A program made the translations under genes and the position numbers. 64,000 bases of DNA from Stylophora pistillata (lineage: Eukaryota): positions 383,921-447,920 of the forward strand of contig NW_019217985.1 in the NCBI RefSeq assembly GCF_002571385.2, in the 5' to 3' direction. Under the pieces are notes generated by a model that worked only from the letters and a program-made list of their open reading frames with translations, was not told where the DNA came from and ran no database searches. The number at the start of each line of letters is the position of its first letter. Within the stretch, counting starts at the first letter, position 1. This document shows, piece after piece, positions 39,001-50,500 of this stretch.

Positions 39001-41923
39001 GGAAACTTATAAGTTTCCAGTTCATGAGGAGTTATAAACATCTCGAGAGATTTGAGATCGTGAGACTACTCTGGATTGTTCCACCTTTTAGGTAGCACTG
39101 AGACTGTTTGTGTTATCGGCTTGGTCAAAGTTAAAGTCCTTGGGACCGTTCAGAATGGGGAGCGTATATATGTTGCACTGCATCAACCGGGTGTTGCCAT
39201 TCCAGAGACGCAGATTCCGTTACGACCTATGGCCGACCGCCGCCCGGTTTTGCTGGGTCAGGCGCTTGAGAGCAAACCGAGTAACTCTCAAGACAATGTT
39301 TAATTGGTCCAGTGCTTTGTTTCTATAGTGCTCGGTATTCAATCTGGTCAGATTAACGCTGCCATAGAAGACCTTCAGGAGAAGATGCAGCGCAAGTTTG
39401 AAGATGTCGTGGTCAAAGACAGATCAAAGTGGCTCAGAGGTGATGTTTTGTCTTTTTCAGAGTATTTCTAGAGCAAGGAACTGCATCGCCGGCTTCATTT
39501 GCTTCAAATGGTTAGTTTTATCAAGCTTAGGGTTCCGGAGCTGCCCTTTTCTACCTTCAAGTTTAAAATCGGTGCCTGCTGGGTAGAGGCACCCTGCTCC
39601 CTGATAATTCGCGGGGAGAATTTGTTCGCAGCAGACAATCTAAACTACGAACTGAGGACTGGAGGTTCTAACCTGCATCGTTGACGTCACCTTAGCCTGT
39701 TACGGACTGAGAATCACGACTGCGAGTACGCTTGTAACAGCGCCAGTTACAAGGATCCGATGAGACATTCTTTCATTCGCAGTATCGTGATAAATGTCTG
39801 ACTCACAAAACACCGGAGCACCAAGCAAATGAGGCCAAAAATTACAATGACGAGGGCAGGATGATAAGAATAGCGTTAAGTTATTAGTTATTATTTACTT
39901 ATTCATTTATTTCTTTATTTTGTGTTTCTAAACAGGCACTTTACTATTTCTTTTTCGTAACTAGGTCTGAGATGGAAAATTTTCATTCTCCTTATCATTT
40001 TCGGACTGCTTTCTGGTTTATTGTACGAGTTAATTGCCCCAGGAACTTGGTTCCAGTATCAGATGTGTAAACGTGGGTGCATTAAGGGTCACACAGCTAC
40101 CTTTAAATTTACAACACATGATTATCAAGTAAGTGTCTGAGCTAAGAATTATTTCCCTCGAATCGCAAGTCACATATAACGTGTCAAAGTCTTCTCAATT
40201 CAACTATTTCGTTGTTTCGAATATCCTAATTATCTTTTGGTTCACCAAAAGAAAGTGATGGGACAAAAAGGGAGAATCAGGACGTAGGATATTTCTACCA
40301 AAGTAAATTGACAATATGATTATGAGCTAGAGATGTTTTTCGCGTGATACTTGATTTGGGTGAAGCTTACATCAAGTATCAAGCATAGAAATCGATCACA
40401 GGAATAAGCTGAATGTTTCCTCGTAATCTACTCGTTATTAAGACCCAACCACTGTTAGGCTACTCATATAACTCACTACGTAGCCAACCAGATTCCAGCA
40501 ACTGTGATAGAACGCTGTGCACTAAGAATAATTACCAAATATCCATTTTATCTCTTACTTCAGTATATCAAAGTGAACGGGCTGGAATTAACGTGGGAGA
40601 AATTGAAGAAGAAAAAAGAGCTGGATCTTGGAGATTGCCAACCGTTTAACGCTACAGCTGGTGAGAACTAGTGTATCATTTGTTCTTTAATCCCCTTAAT
40701 TCTAGTACAGTCGAACCTCGATTAACGGCCGGACCTCGATTATCCGGACTTTTTTCTCTGGTCCCAATTTTTTTCATGAATATTAATTAGTTGTGATCTT
40801 GAAAACTCAGAGTTGCAGAAAGCCCAATAATCCTTTCAAAAGACAGTTGAAACAGCGTATTATCCTGTGCGCTTTTCAAAATTCGTAAGTGCGACGAGAC
40901 AAAGAAATATTCTGTTGCGTTATTTGCAAATACATACGGGCTGTGCAGATATCACAATTAAAATGATGTTTTCTTTGCTGTATACCTTTTGTTTACATTT
41001 CTATCTCATTAATATTCATATTTTCGATTATCCGGACTCTCGATTATCCGGACTATTTGCCGAGGTCCCGACGAGTCCGGATAATCCAGGTTCGACTGTA
41101 CTCAGTTTTTCAGCTTATTTATCCATAATTAAGTGTATCTTTGCATGCACTTGATTGGTCCGCCTCGACTAGATCTGCAAACTGCGGATCAACGCATTCT
41201 CAAATTTTGTCATGATATTAATAAAGTTAGTCAAGATATTGCCCTTCTCTAGGTGCAAATAATCAGCTCCAACACTTATCAGAGGAAAGGTTAAATTTAC
41301 TATATGAATCTCCTCCCGTTTCTTGTCCTTAGGATTACACCGACCCATTTCCCTTGAATCTTTGTTAATTAAGCTTTATGTTTATCGTTTGAAACACAGT
41401 GGAGTGGGACCGGTCATTAATTATCGACGGGGATGAGGGGAAGGGGGGTCGGAGATCCCCCATAAGGCTTTGTAATATTTTTACGACCCCCTCCTCATTG
41501 GCGCTTTCTATAGTCCCCCCTTTATACTCTTTTGGCGAAGACTGATCTCCCTTCCTTCCCCCTGAAAACCACTTGACCTTCCCCAAAGTCCCACCCCCCT
41601 TAGCCGCAAAGGCAGTCGGTATATGCGCCTTTCTGTGATGCAATGTTTATTAATTTTGACTGGAGTTTTGATTTCAGACAAACAAGGTTTCTTCTTCACT
41701 TGTCATTTCTTATTTTCCTTTCCCCTAAGGCTATCGTTATTACCTTAACTTGGATCGCTGTGCATATGGCGAGCGGATCGTGTTGGACCACAAGCCACAG
41801 ATACGCGGACCAACGGTTTTTGCCATCAACTCCACTTGCTCTGGTGTTTATTACGTGAACAAAGACAAATGGCAAGGGTACACTTCGGCAGAACACATCG
41901 AGCGTGAGCCACCTTGCACCTAA
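30037..41923 (+). CDS. Gene C: putative membrane-tethered transcription factor, ~604 aa if the internal TAA at 39301 is ignored (putative DNA-binding domain, NLS, Peptidase_G2-like chaperone, coiled coil, TM, luminal domain). Exons 30037-30091, 30741-31004, 31529-31777, 32245-32295, 33309-33362, 33715-33762, 37998-38288, 39092-39439, 39965-40128, 40564-40660, 41730-41923
   Basis: Eleven phase-consistent GT-AG exons total 1815 nt and are colinear with gene D (DIAYH, LEEGD, AGVISRSAY, VCVIGxVxVKVLG, LLGQxLE, TM+PGT, YYLNLDRCAYG). One in-frame stop means this may be a null allele or pseudogene in this assembly. Confidence 0.8.
32528..32820 (-). mobile_element. Full-length tRNA-derived SINE, same family as 15008-15315, in gene C intron 4
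   Basis: Reverse complement aligns end-to-end with the 15008 copy. Confidence 0.9.
35838..36828. other. Assembly gap (run of N)
   Basis: About 990 N; the poly-X ORFs here are artefacts. Confidence 1.
36829..37220 (+). mobile_element. Hairpin-plus-tail non-autonomous element nested in the TIR element
   Basis: ~90-bp inverted arms around CTCGAGGCGATAGCCGAG, then a tail containing TTGACCAATCAGAG. Confidence 0.7.
38726..38954. mobile_element. Harbinger-type MITE in gene C intron 7
   Basis: TIRs GGGCTCGTTTCTCGAAAGTCCCGGTAACTT / AAGTTACCGGGACTTTCGAGAAATGGACCC; CAG TSD. Confidence 0.8.
40708..41098. mobile_element. Tc1/mariner (pogo/Tigger-like) MITE in gene C intron 10
   Basis: TA|CAGTCGAACCTCGATTA ... 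TAATCCAGGTTCGACTG|TA. Confidence 0.85.
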
Positions 41924-42968
41924 ACCGTGCTAAACTCCCTTCTTTCATGGTCATTTTGGCAATGAATTGACACCTGATTTCAAGTTTAACGTAAACCGTG
42001 GTACTCAGACAATCGATTGACTCTAAGTACAATCAGTTTGTTATTATACCCAACTGCATTTACGTTTTCATTCATAGATTTCTTTAATCGAAAGTTGCTT
42101 CGATAAGAAAGCCGTGCATTTTGGTAAGAAGCAGTAAGTTCAAAAGGTAGTTATTTAAAGATGAAAAGATATAATAATTATTCCCCAATAACATAGATAG
42201 TAGGGATACAATGAAAACGTGTTTCTATTGCCACTTTATTTATAAATTTTTAAGCTTCAACAACAGCAGAATCAGTGCAGGAGAATAATGAGCGCTAGCC
42301 TCGATTAAGCGCCCTCCCTCCAAAATGCACCCATTCATTCCCCCCACCCCACCCCTCTTTTAACCGAAATTTTGACATAAGCGTCCGGGCGCTTATTCAA
42401 GGAATACGGTTATACCTAAAGCGATTTGGAAAGAAAGTACGTTCAAAGGTTAGTTGTCTAAAGCTGTGTTGACAATATGATTGTTCAAACAATTGATGCG
42501 TATTTAGCTGGGCAATAAAAATATATATTTATAATTAAAGCGTTAAAGGACCCTTCTGAGCATGCCATCAGGAGCTTTGCGCCTGAAAAAANTTTTTATG
42601 CAAATAAGCTGGCTGCACACTCAATGTGCAGCCAGTCATTTGCATAAGTAATTCAAACCAAGGTTTGACACCCCTCAGTAGCATGAGGTGTTCGCTGAAC
42701 ACTCCAGGACATTCGATAATCGCCACAAAAATGTAATTAAAGCTCTCCTCGACTAAAATGAAAAAAACCGCAGCTTCCGATAATTACATTTTAAATAATT
42801 TTCCAGACACAACACTAATTTAGTTACATATTGTCCAGAGAAAATAGTCAAGGGAAATTTCGTAAGAAACCTTTGCGGACCTTATTCGAAATAGCCCGAA
42901 GAGCGGTTCACTAAGCTTATTCTCTTTGTAGAAACAATGTCTTAAGCGAAACAAAGAGTAATTCGTTA

Positions 42969-45875
42969 ACACAGTGTCCAGAAATAATCCAGGCCAAATG
43001 TCACTGCAAAATATAACAGGGACAATCACTTCCATGATCAACGGCCTATTTAAGGCTAACTCCGAAAACTCCTTCTTAGCACAAAGCTTATTTTGAACTT
43101 TAAAGGTCCATAAACTGCATTGATTAGATAAGCCAAAAAATACACATCGCTTTGAACGGACGATTTCCGTTCCGTCTACACGCTCTACTCTTATTGTGAC
43201 CTTTTAACTGCGACGATTTTAAAACGGCAGTACCATTATTTATACCGGAACACAATCTTACATTTCGTAAAAAAATACATCTACAGCCGGATTTGCGCTC
43301 ACAAACCGCGCGATAAAGCGTCCAGGAAGCGGGAAGAAAAATATGCAAAGCGGAAATATTTCATGCGTGACATAACTATTTTGAAATAGGGTTATGTCAC
43401 GCATAAATACGTTCAGGTTAAGACTATTTTCCTTCGACATTGATAACCTGTACCTCAACCCATTTATGATCCCTAATCCATACACCACGTCGTTTGCCTT
43501 TTCCTCCGTCTACTATGAAAGAAAAAAGTAACTCAGCAGTGTACACAATCCAAGAGGGTATAGAAAAGATTACAAGTAACCCTCCGGAAAACACTACCCA
43601 GGAGGGTAAAGAAAATATTTTAAAAGTAACTCTCAGGTATACACTACCCAAGAGGGTAGAGAAGAGATTAAAAGTAACCCTCAGATATACACTACCCAAG
43701 GGGGTAGAAAAGAGATTATAAGTAATGCTCAGGTATACACTACCCAGGAGGGTAAAGAAGAGATTAAAAGTAACCCTTTGGTGTACACTCCTCAAGAGGG
43801 TAAAGAAAAGCTTAAAAGTAACCCTCAGCTATACACTACCCAAGAGGGTAGAGAAGAGATTAAAAGTAATCCTCAGGTATACACTACCCAGGAGGTTAAA
43901 GAAGAGATTAAAAGTAACCCTCAGGTATACACTACCCAAGAGGGTAGAGAAAAGATTAAAAGTAACCCTCAGGTGTAGAGTACCTAAGAGGGTAGAGAAA
44001 AGATTAAAAGTAACCCTCAGGTATATACTCCCCAAGAGGATAGAGAAGAGATTAAAAGTAACCCTCAGGTATACACTACCCAAGAGGGTAAAGAAGAGAA
44101 TAAAAGTAACCCTCAGGTATACACTACCCAAGAGGGTAGAGAAAAGATTAAAAGTAACCCATCTAAGGTATACACTACCCAGGAGAGTAAAGAAAAGATT
44201 AAAAGTAACCCTCAGGTATACACTACCCAAGAGGGTAGAGAAAAGATTAAAAGTAACCCTCAGGTTANACACAGTGTCCAGAAATAATCCAGGCCAAATG
44301 TCACTGCAAAATATAACAGGGACAATCACTTCCATGATCAACGGCCTATTTAAGGCTAACTCCGAAAATTCCTTCTTTGCACAGTGCTTATTTTGAACTT
44401 TAAAGGTCCATAAACTGCATTGATTAGATAAGCCAAAAAATACACATCGCTTCGAACGGACGATTTCCGTTCCGTCTACACGCTCTACTCTTATTGTGAC
44501 CTTCTAACTGCGACGATTTTAAAACGGCAGTACTATTATTTATACCGGAACACAATCTTACATTACGTAAAAAAATACATCTACGGCCGGATTTGCGCTC
44601 ACAAACCGCGCGATAAAGCGTCCAGGAAGCGGGAAGAAAAATATGCAAAGTGAGATATATTTCATGCGTGACATAACTATTTTGAAATAGGGTTATGTCA
44701 TGCATAAACACGTTCAGGTTAAGACTATTTTCCTTCGACATTGATAAGCTGTACCTCAACCCATTTATGATCCCTAATCCATGCACCACGTCGTTTGCCT
44801 TTTCCTCCGTCTACTATGAAAGAAAAAAGTAACTCAGCAGTGTACACAATCCAAGAGGGTATACAAAAGATTACAAGTAACCCTCCGGAAAACACTACCC
44901 AGGAGGGTAAAGAAAAATATTTTAAAAGTAACTCTCAGGTATACACTACCCAAGAGGGTAGAGAAGAGATTAAAAGTAACCCTCAGATGTACACTACCCA
45001 AGGGGGTAGAAAAGAGATTATAAGTAACCCTCAGGTATACACTACCCAGGAGGGTAAAGAAGAGATTAAAAGTAACCCTCAGGTGTACACTCCTCAAGAG
45101 GGTAAAGAAAAGCTTAAAAGTAACCCTCAGCTATACACCACCCAAGAGGGTAGAGAACAGAATAAAAGTAATCCTCAGGTATACACTACCCAGGAGGTTA
45201 AAGAAGAGATTAAAAGTAACCCTCAGGTATACACTACCCAAGAAGGTAGAGAAAAGATTAAAAGTAACCCTCAGGTGTAGAGTAGCTAAGAGGGTAAAGA
45301 AAAGATTAAAAGTAACCCTCAGGTATATACTCCCCAAGAGGGTAAAGAAAAGATTAAAAGTAACCCTCAGGTATATACTCCCCAAGAGGGTAGAGAAGAG
45401 ATTAAAAGTAACCCTCAGGTATACACTACCCATGCGGGTAAAGAAGAGATTAAAAGTAACCCTCAGTTATACCCTATCCAAGAGGGTAGAGAAGAGATTA
45501 AAAGTAATCTTCCGGTATACACTACCCAAGAGGGTATAGGAAAGATTAAAAGTAACCCACTGGTATACACTACCCAGGAGGGTATAGAAAAGATTAAAAG
45601 TAACCCTTAGGTATACACTACCCAGGAGGGTAAAAAAAAAGATTAAAAGTAACCCTGAGGTATACACTACCCAAGAGGATAGAGAAGAGATTAAAAGTAA
45701 CCCTCAGGTATACACTACCCAAGAGGGTAAAGAAGAGAATAAAAGTAACCCTCAGGTATACACTACCCAAGAGGGTAGAGAAAAGATTAAAAGTAACCCA
45801 TCTAAGGTATACACTACCCAGGAGAGTAAAGAAAAGATTAAAAGTAACCCTCAGGTATACACTACCCAAGAGGGT
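42969..45875. repeat. ~1.3-kb tandem duplication, each copy ending in a 48-bp minisatellite (arrays ~43590-44265 and ~44890-45875)
   Basis: ACACAGTGTCCAGAAATAATCC restarts at 44269 after a single N; unit AGGTATACACTACCCAAGAGGGTAGAGAAGAGATTAAAAGTAACCCTC. Confidence 0.9.
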
Positions 45876-47084
45876 AATGTCGGAACGCTGAACGGTGTTT
45901 TGGAAAAGGTGCGGCCAGGAGTGACACACCCTGCCTCGCTCCAATCTCTTCTCCACCTGAGCCCTCTCTTAAAGTCGGGAGAAACCAGACTATCAGGAGT
46001 ACAGCTTAGTGTAAGTAGAAAAATGTAAGCAGCATAAATATCGATTGCATCATAAGAGTACTGTTAAGTACCATAATGTAAGTACTGTAACGCAAGGTAC
46101 GAAGAGAATTCCGTGTATGCATCCTTAATGCAGTCAAGGATACGGTACACCTTCGCAAAAAAAAATTTAACACGCCATTTGAAGCAGAAATTATTTCGTA
46201 TTAGCTTGATCAAATGGTAAAAACTGAATGGAGCGGAACAATCCGAAATGGACAATGTTTCTTTGAGCGTATTAATCGCATATCAAATCACACCACACAA
46301 ATAAAACTTCTGCACAATTTCAATCTTGAGGGGCTGGTTTTAAAAACCGTGTGGGAATATTTGGATATTCTCGTTGGTTGCATTGTTATTTATCTGTCAA
46401 CTGAGTTTGCTGGTAAAGATTTTAACGACACGCATTACGTCGATGGCTATTGTGGGAGATCATTTTGAAAAACGGATTTCCCCCACACAGATATTGTTTG
46501 ATCAAACCAAATTCACAGGGATTTAAACAAAGAGATATATTGAAGACAGTAAAAGAATTGATGGTAAAATCCTGGGAGTGAAAAGATTAAGGTGGATAAC
46601 ATTCATAAACCGATTTGGCAGATACGCGTCATTAAGCCGGCGGTCCGTTGGGGCGCCCTGATTTCAGTGTGTATTGCTATCCGCCTTTGAACAACCAAAG
46701 TCTACCCTGGAGTTCGCAAATGTGGGCATCTGATAATCATGAAAACTGTTTTGTTATTCAACAAAGATTCTATGAATGCCAAAAGATCTGGTAAAACAAA
46801 GTGTTAAGTGAAAATCAAATAGCAATTAATATTTTCAACTATCTAACGAACAAGTAACATACATACATACATGTTATTCGAAGACAACGGTTGTCTAGTC
46901 TTAAAACAAGATAATGAATAACCATTTTGTGAATAACTCTTTACATTATCATGGTTAAATTTCTCCTAAAAGATTTACAATAGATTTCTGAAGACCAGCC
47001 TTTCCCTATAGCAGCAAGAAGGAATTTTAATTAAGCCAGTGATTGTGTAATCATGATCCGGTCAGCCAGCTTAGCAAATGAGTA

Positions 47085-47102
47085 TAGGTAATCGCATGGG
47101 AC

Positions 47103-47138
<36 letters not shown>

Positions 47139-47195
47139 GGAAGTTGCTGAAATTGCCCGAGTCGCGCAGCGGCGAGGGCAATTTCTGCAACTTCC

Positions 47196-47228
<33 letters not shown>

Positions 47229-47475
47229 GAGGAACCATATGATCACTTGTTTATAATATAAGGGGCAAAATGTTTTCTTACTGATCTCGCGCAAAACGGG
47301 ACGCCATTGTTACAAAACAAACAGAATTTTCTTTACCTTGGCAGCCGTTGCTAAGCGATTTTCAGCCAATCATTTTCAAGTAATTTTGCCCCTTATAATT
47401 ACAAAAATTAAGAAAAAATGCCCTCTGTCTTGACCAATCACAATTCAGTAATTTTGCCCCTTATATGATAACAAT
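47085..47475 (+). mobile_element. Hairpin-plus-tail non-autonomous element
   Basis: Inverted arms ~47105-47230 around CCCGAGTCGCGCAGCGGCGAGGG; tail with TTGACCAATCAC. Confidence 0.7.
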
Positions 47476-48596
47476 CAGGAAATCTTAACTCTAATTGTAA
47501 TTTTTGCAGCCCTTTTCCAGCTAGACGGCCCTATCTACGAACCCAATCAGCTGTACTCAAAGTACGAATTGAATGCCTACAAACAACGGATAATACTAAG
47601 AGCGCAATTTTCAATCGAGTGTCGAAAGTTAACCGTTGTCACACTGTTTTTGTTTAACTTCGCCCTGTGAATGATCAAGAAAAACTCGCGCCACCCTTTC
47701 AGCCAATCACATGAACTTGCTACGAAGGCCATTCGCTACCAGGTCACTCGCGTTTTCCTACGCCAATTTGCATGTTTTCACTTAAAGTTCTCATTGGTTC
47801 TTCGTAATATTTTCCTTCTTTCTGATTGGCTTTTGTTATTAATTTAGTTTTGGTTTTTGAGACGTTCAATCAAAAAATGTACGGAGCAATGCGATGAAGG
47901 GGCTTCCTCTCCCTCAGGCTGTCCTTAAAATTTTTTTTTTTTTTTCTGGTTTTGTAAATCATTCTCGTTGAGAGAAGTTCGTTTTTAAGATGCAAAGATG
48001 TTTTTAAAGAGGTTTCTATGACGTAGGTTATTATAACGCATGGCACCGAGGATAAAAAATCTTCACAGGTAATGAACAAATGGAAAATTATGGAGAAAAT
48101 TCTAGTTCAATTTTTCTTAATCTAATATTAATTTGATAATGATGGCAATCATTATAATGAGAAAAATACTAACCACAGTAACAGTAAAACAATTCTAACT
48201 AAATTAACATCAAAACGACTATCAAAGACCATCGAACGGTCAAACAAATTCAATACATAACTGATTGACCAAGCCTCTTGGTCAAATAGTCAAAGTCTGT
48301 ACATTTTGAATAAACCTTTTCAACTAGTTTACATGGACCAGCCATGTGGTGCGTACTCCGCAATCCTCTCATCTTCGGCAAATGCCATCCAGCACTTAAA
48401 TTATTGAACTGTCTATGTTGAGCTGTTCTTTCATCTGCTTAAATATATTCGTTTTTCTAACAAAGCCTCGTTTTCCAGACCTTCACGTCTACAGCGGAAT
48501 TCAGCGACCATCAAAGTGAATTTAACTTCCATTGACGCTAAAATTCCCATCAAAAAGGAAATTCTCCACGGGATAATGCACACCTGGAGATTCCTG

Positions 48597-50466
48597 CTAG
48601 TCGTTTTCCTTCAGCTCTGGTTTCGTAGGATGTGTATTACACACGATATCCCTGCCGGATTCGTATGGGGTCCATACCTCCGAATGAAAATATACAGTGG
48701 TGCAGTTGTGATCAACTGCTACTACTTCTGCACCCCGCACCATTTCTTTGTTGTCTAAATGCGACCGAACATGTCGGATTCCGCCATAAGCACATCTGTC
48801 CAGATTCAGATAATAATGTGCGTCTGTAAGAGAAAGAAAACGAGCTCATTAACAGGGGTAAGGCATGATTATTGAGTTTATGTACGTCTTGAAATCACTT
48901 AACCCCAAAAGTTTTCGATTGGTCATTTAAAATGCGTGTCAGGCTGCTCCAATCTTAACCAAGCTGGTTCCGTTGTGAGATTTATCACAGTAATTCTCTA
49001 TATAATTTACTTCCCTTTTCTTGGTTTACCTAAAATTTAGGGAACCTGTTATTATTTATCGCCTGGGCGGACAATAATTTTGGTTGTATCACAGAAGGGA
49101 ATAAAGCTCTGGATTATTCTAATTAATTCCCCCCTAAATGGCAGTCAATTTTCTATCGTACCCCTTTAATACCCTGTTAGCGACGATTAATTCCCACCTC
49201 CGCTACCCCTGAAAACCATTCCTCCATTAGTCAATTTGTAAAAATATGTGTTATGTAGAAGTCTATAGCCTCTATGACTCTAACTTTACCTGTGTAGTTT
49301 ATTCTGCCAAAGTTCAAACCCATTTTTTCCTTCAACTTGTCGAAAGTAAACTCAATACAGTGTACGCGAGGAATCTGTGTACGGAAAAAGAGGACACTAT
49401 CAATGAAGGGGTAAAAACAACACGCTACTCACTATGTTGTGCATCTTATGTGGCAGAAAAAAAAGCAATTTCAAAGGAACCCTTTTTTTTTCTTCCAACA
49501 AAACCTATTCCCGGTAGTTTGGGTAACAGGAGAAAACAAATACTGTTTAGTTCAAAACAAAGAAAATAGCGACAACTGTCGATAATCCATTGAACAAATC
49601 CTCAGTGTTATTTCTTAGCCATGGAAAGTATTTTTTTTGCGGATCAATTCCAAACCATACCCAGTACAGCTAACTCTCTATTTTTAAGTAGAGAAGGTGT
49701 GGTAATACCTGGAAGTCTGTGGTGGTAAATGTGAACCACAGCTCACTGCCTTCGATGGAGCCCTGACGACACCTGTAATAACGAAGCGCGGTGCCTGGGA
49801 CGAACAACTGGTATAACAAAACTCCTAATAACACAGCTAGAATGAAGCCTGCGAACAACCAGCGGCGAAGCCCTATAGAAACGTGCAAACATGTATTAAC
49901 GAATGAGATAAATTCACCCACTATGAAAAGAGGCGATTAATACAGTGAATTTCATTTTTGATTCTTAGCTATTATAAGAGTAAAAGAGTAGCGATAGTAA
50001 TTGTCAATTGATCTTGTGATATCAGACCTAGACTTTCACTCAACAAAACGAGCACTGTGATTGGCTGATTCTTGTTCACGTGTTTCCTGATCAAATTCAA
50101 ATGCATCCTGAATACAACAGTATGTTTTTGCCATCTGAATGTTTAAGGGAAAGTCAAAATATATAACAAAGCACCTAATGTATGGTCCCTCGGGAAACTA
50201 GTCAGTTTTATTTTCCCTCGAGTCTTGATGTTTCCCGAGATGAAGTCGAGGGAAACATCAGAACTCTCAGGAAAACAAAACTAACGGTTTCCCTCGGGAC
50301 CATACATTAAGTGTATAATGTTCACCTTTAATTAATTTCTATATTCGCCTTACCTTACCTACGTCAGAGCAAAGGGCTAACGCTAGAAACGTCAGCTTTT
50401 TAACTCTTTACGGTGGCCAATTTACAATTTCAACTTAGTTGATGTAACCAAATTACCTTGCTACCG

Positions 50467-50500
<34 letters not shown>

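Noticed and set aside
43424-45956. Repetitive ORFs, or a possible CRISPR-like array
   Set aside because: Head-to-tail 48-bp units with no unique spacers and no cas genes, in a eukaryotic context.
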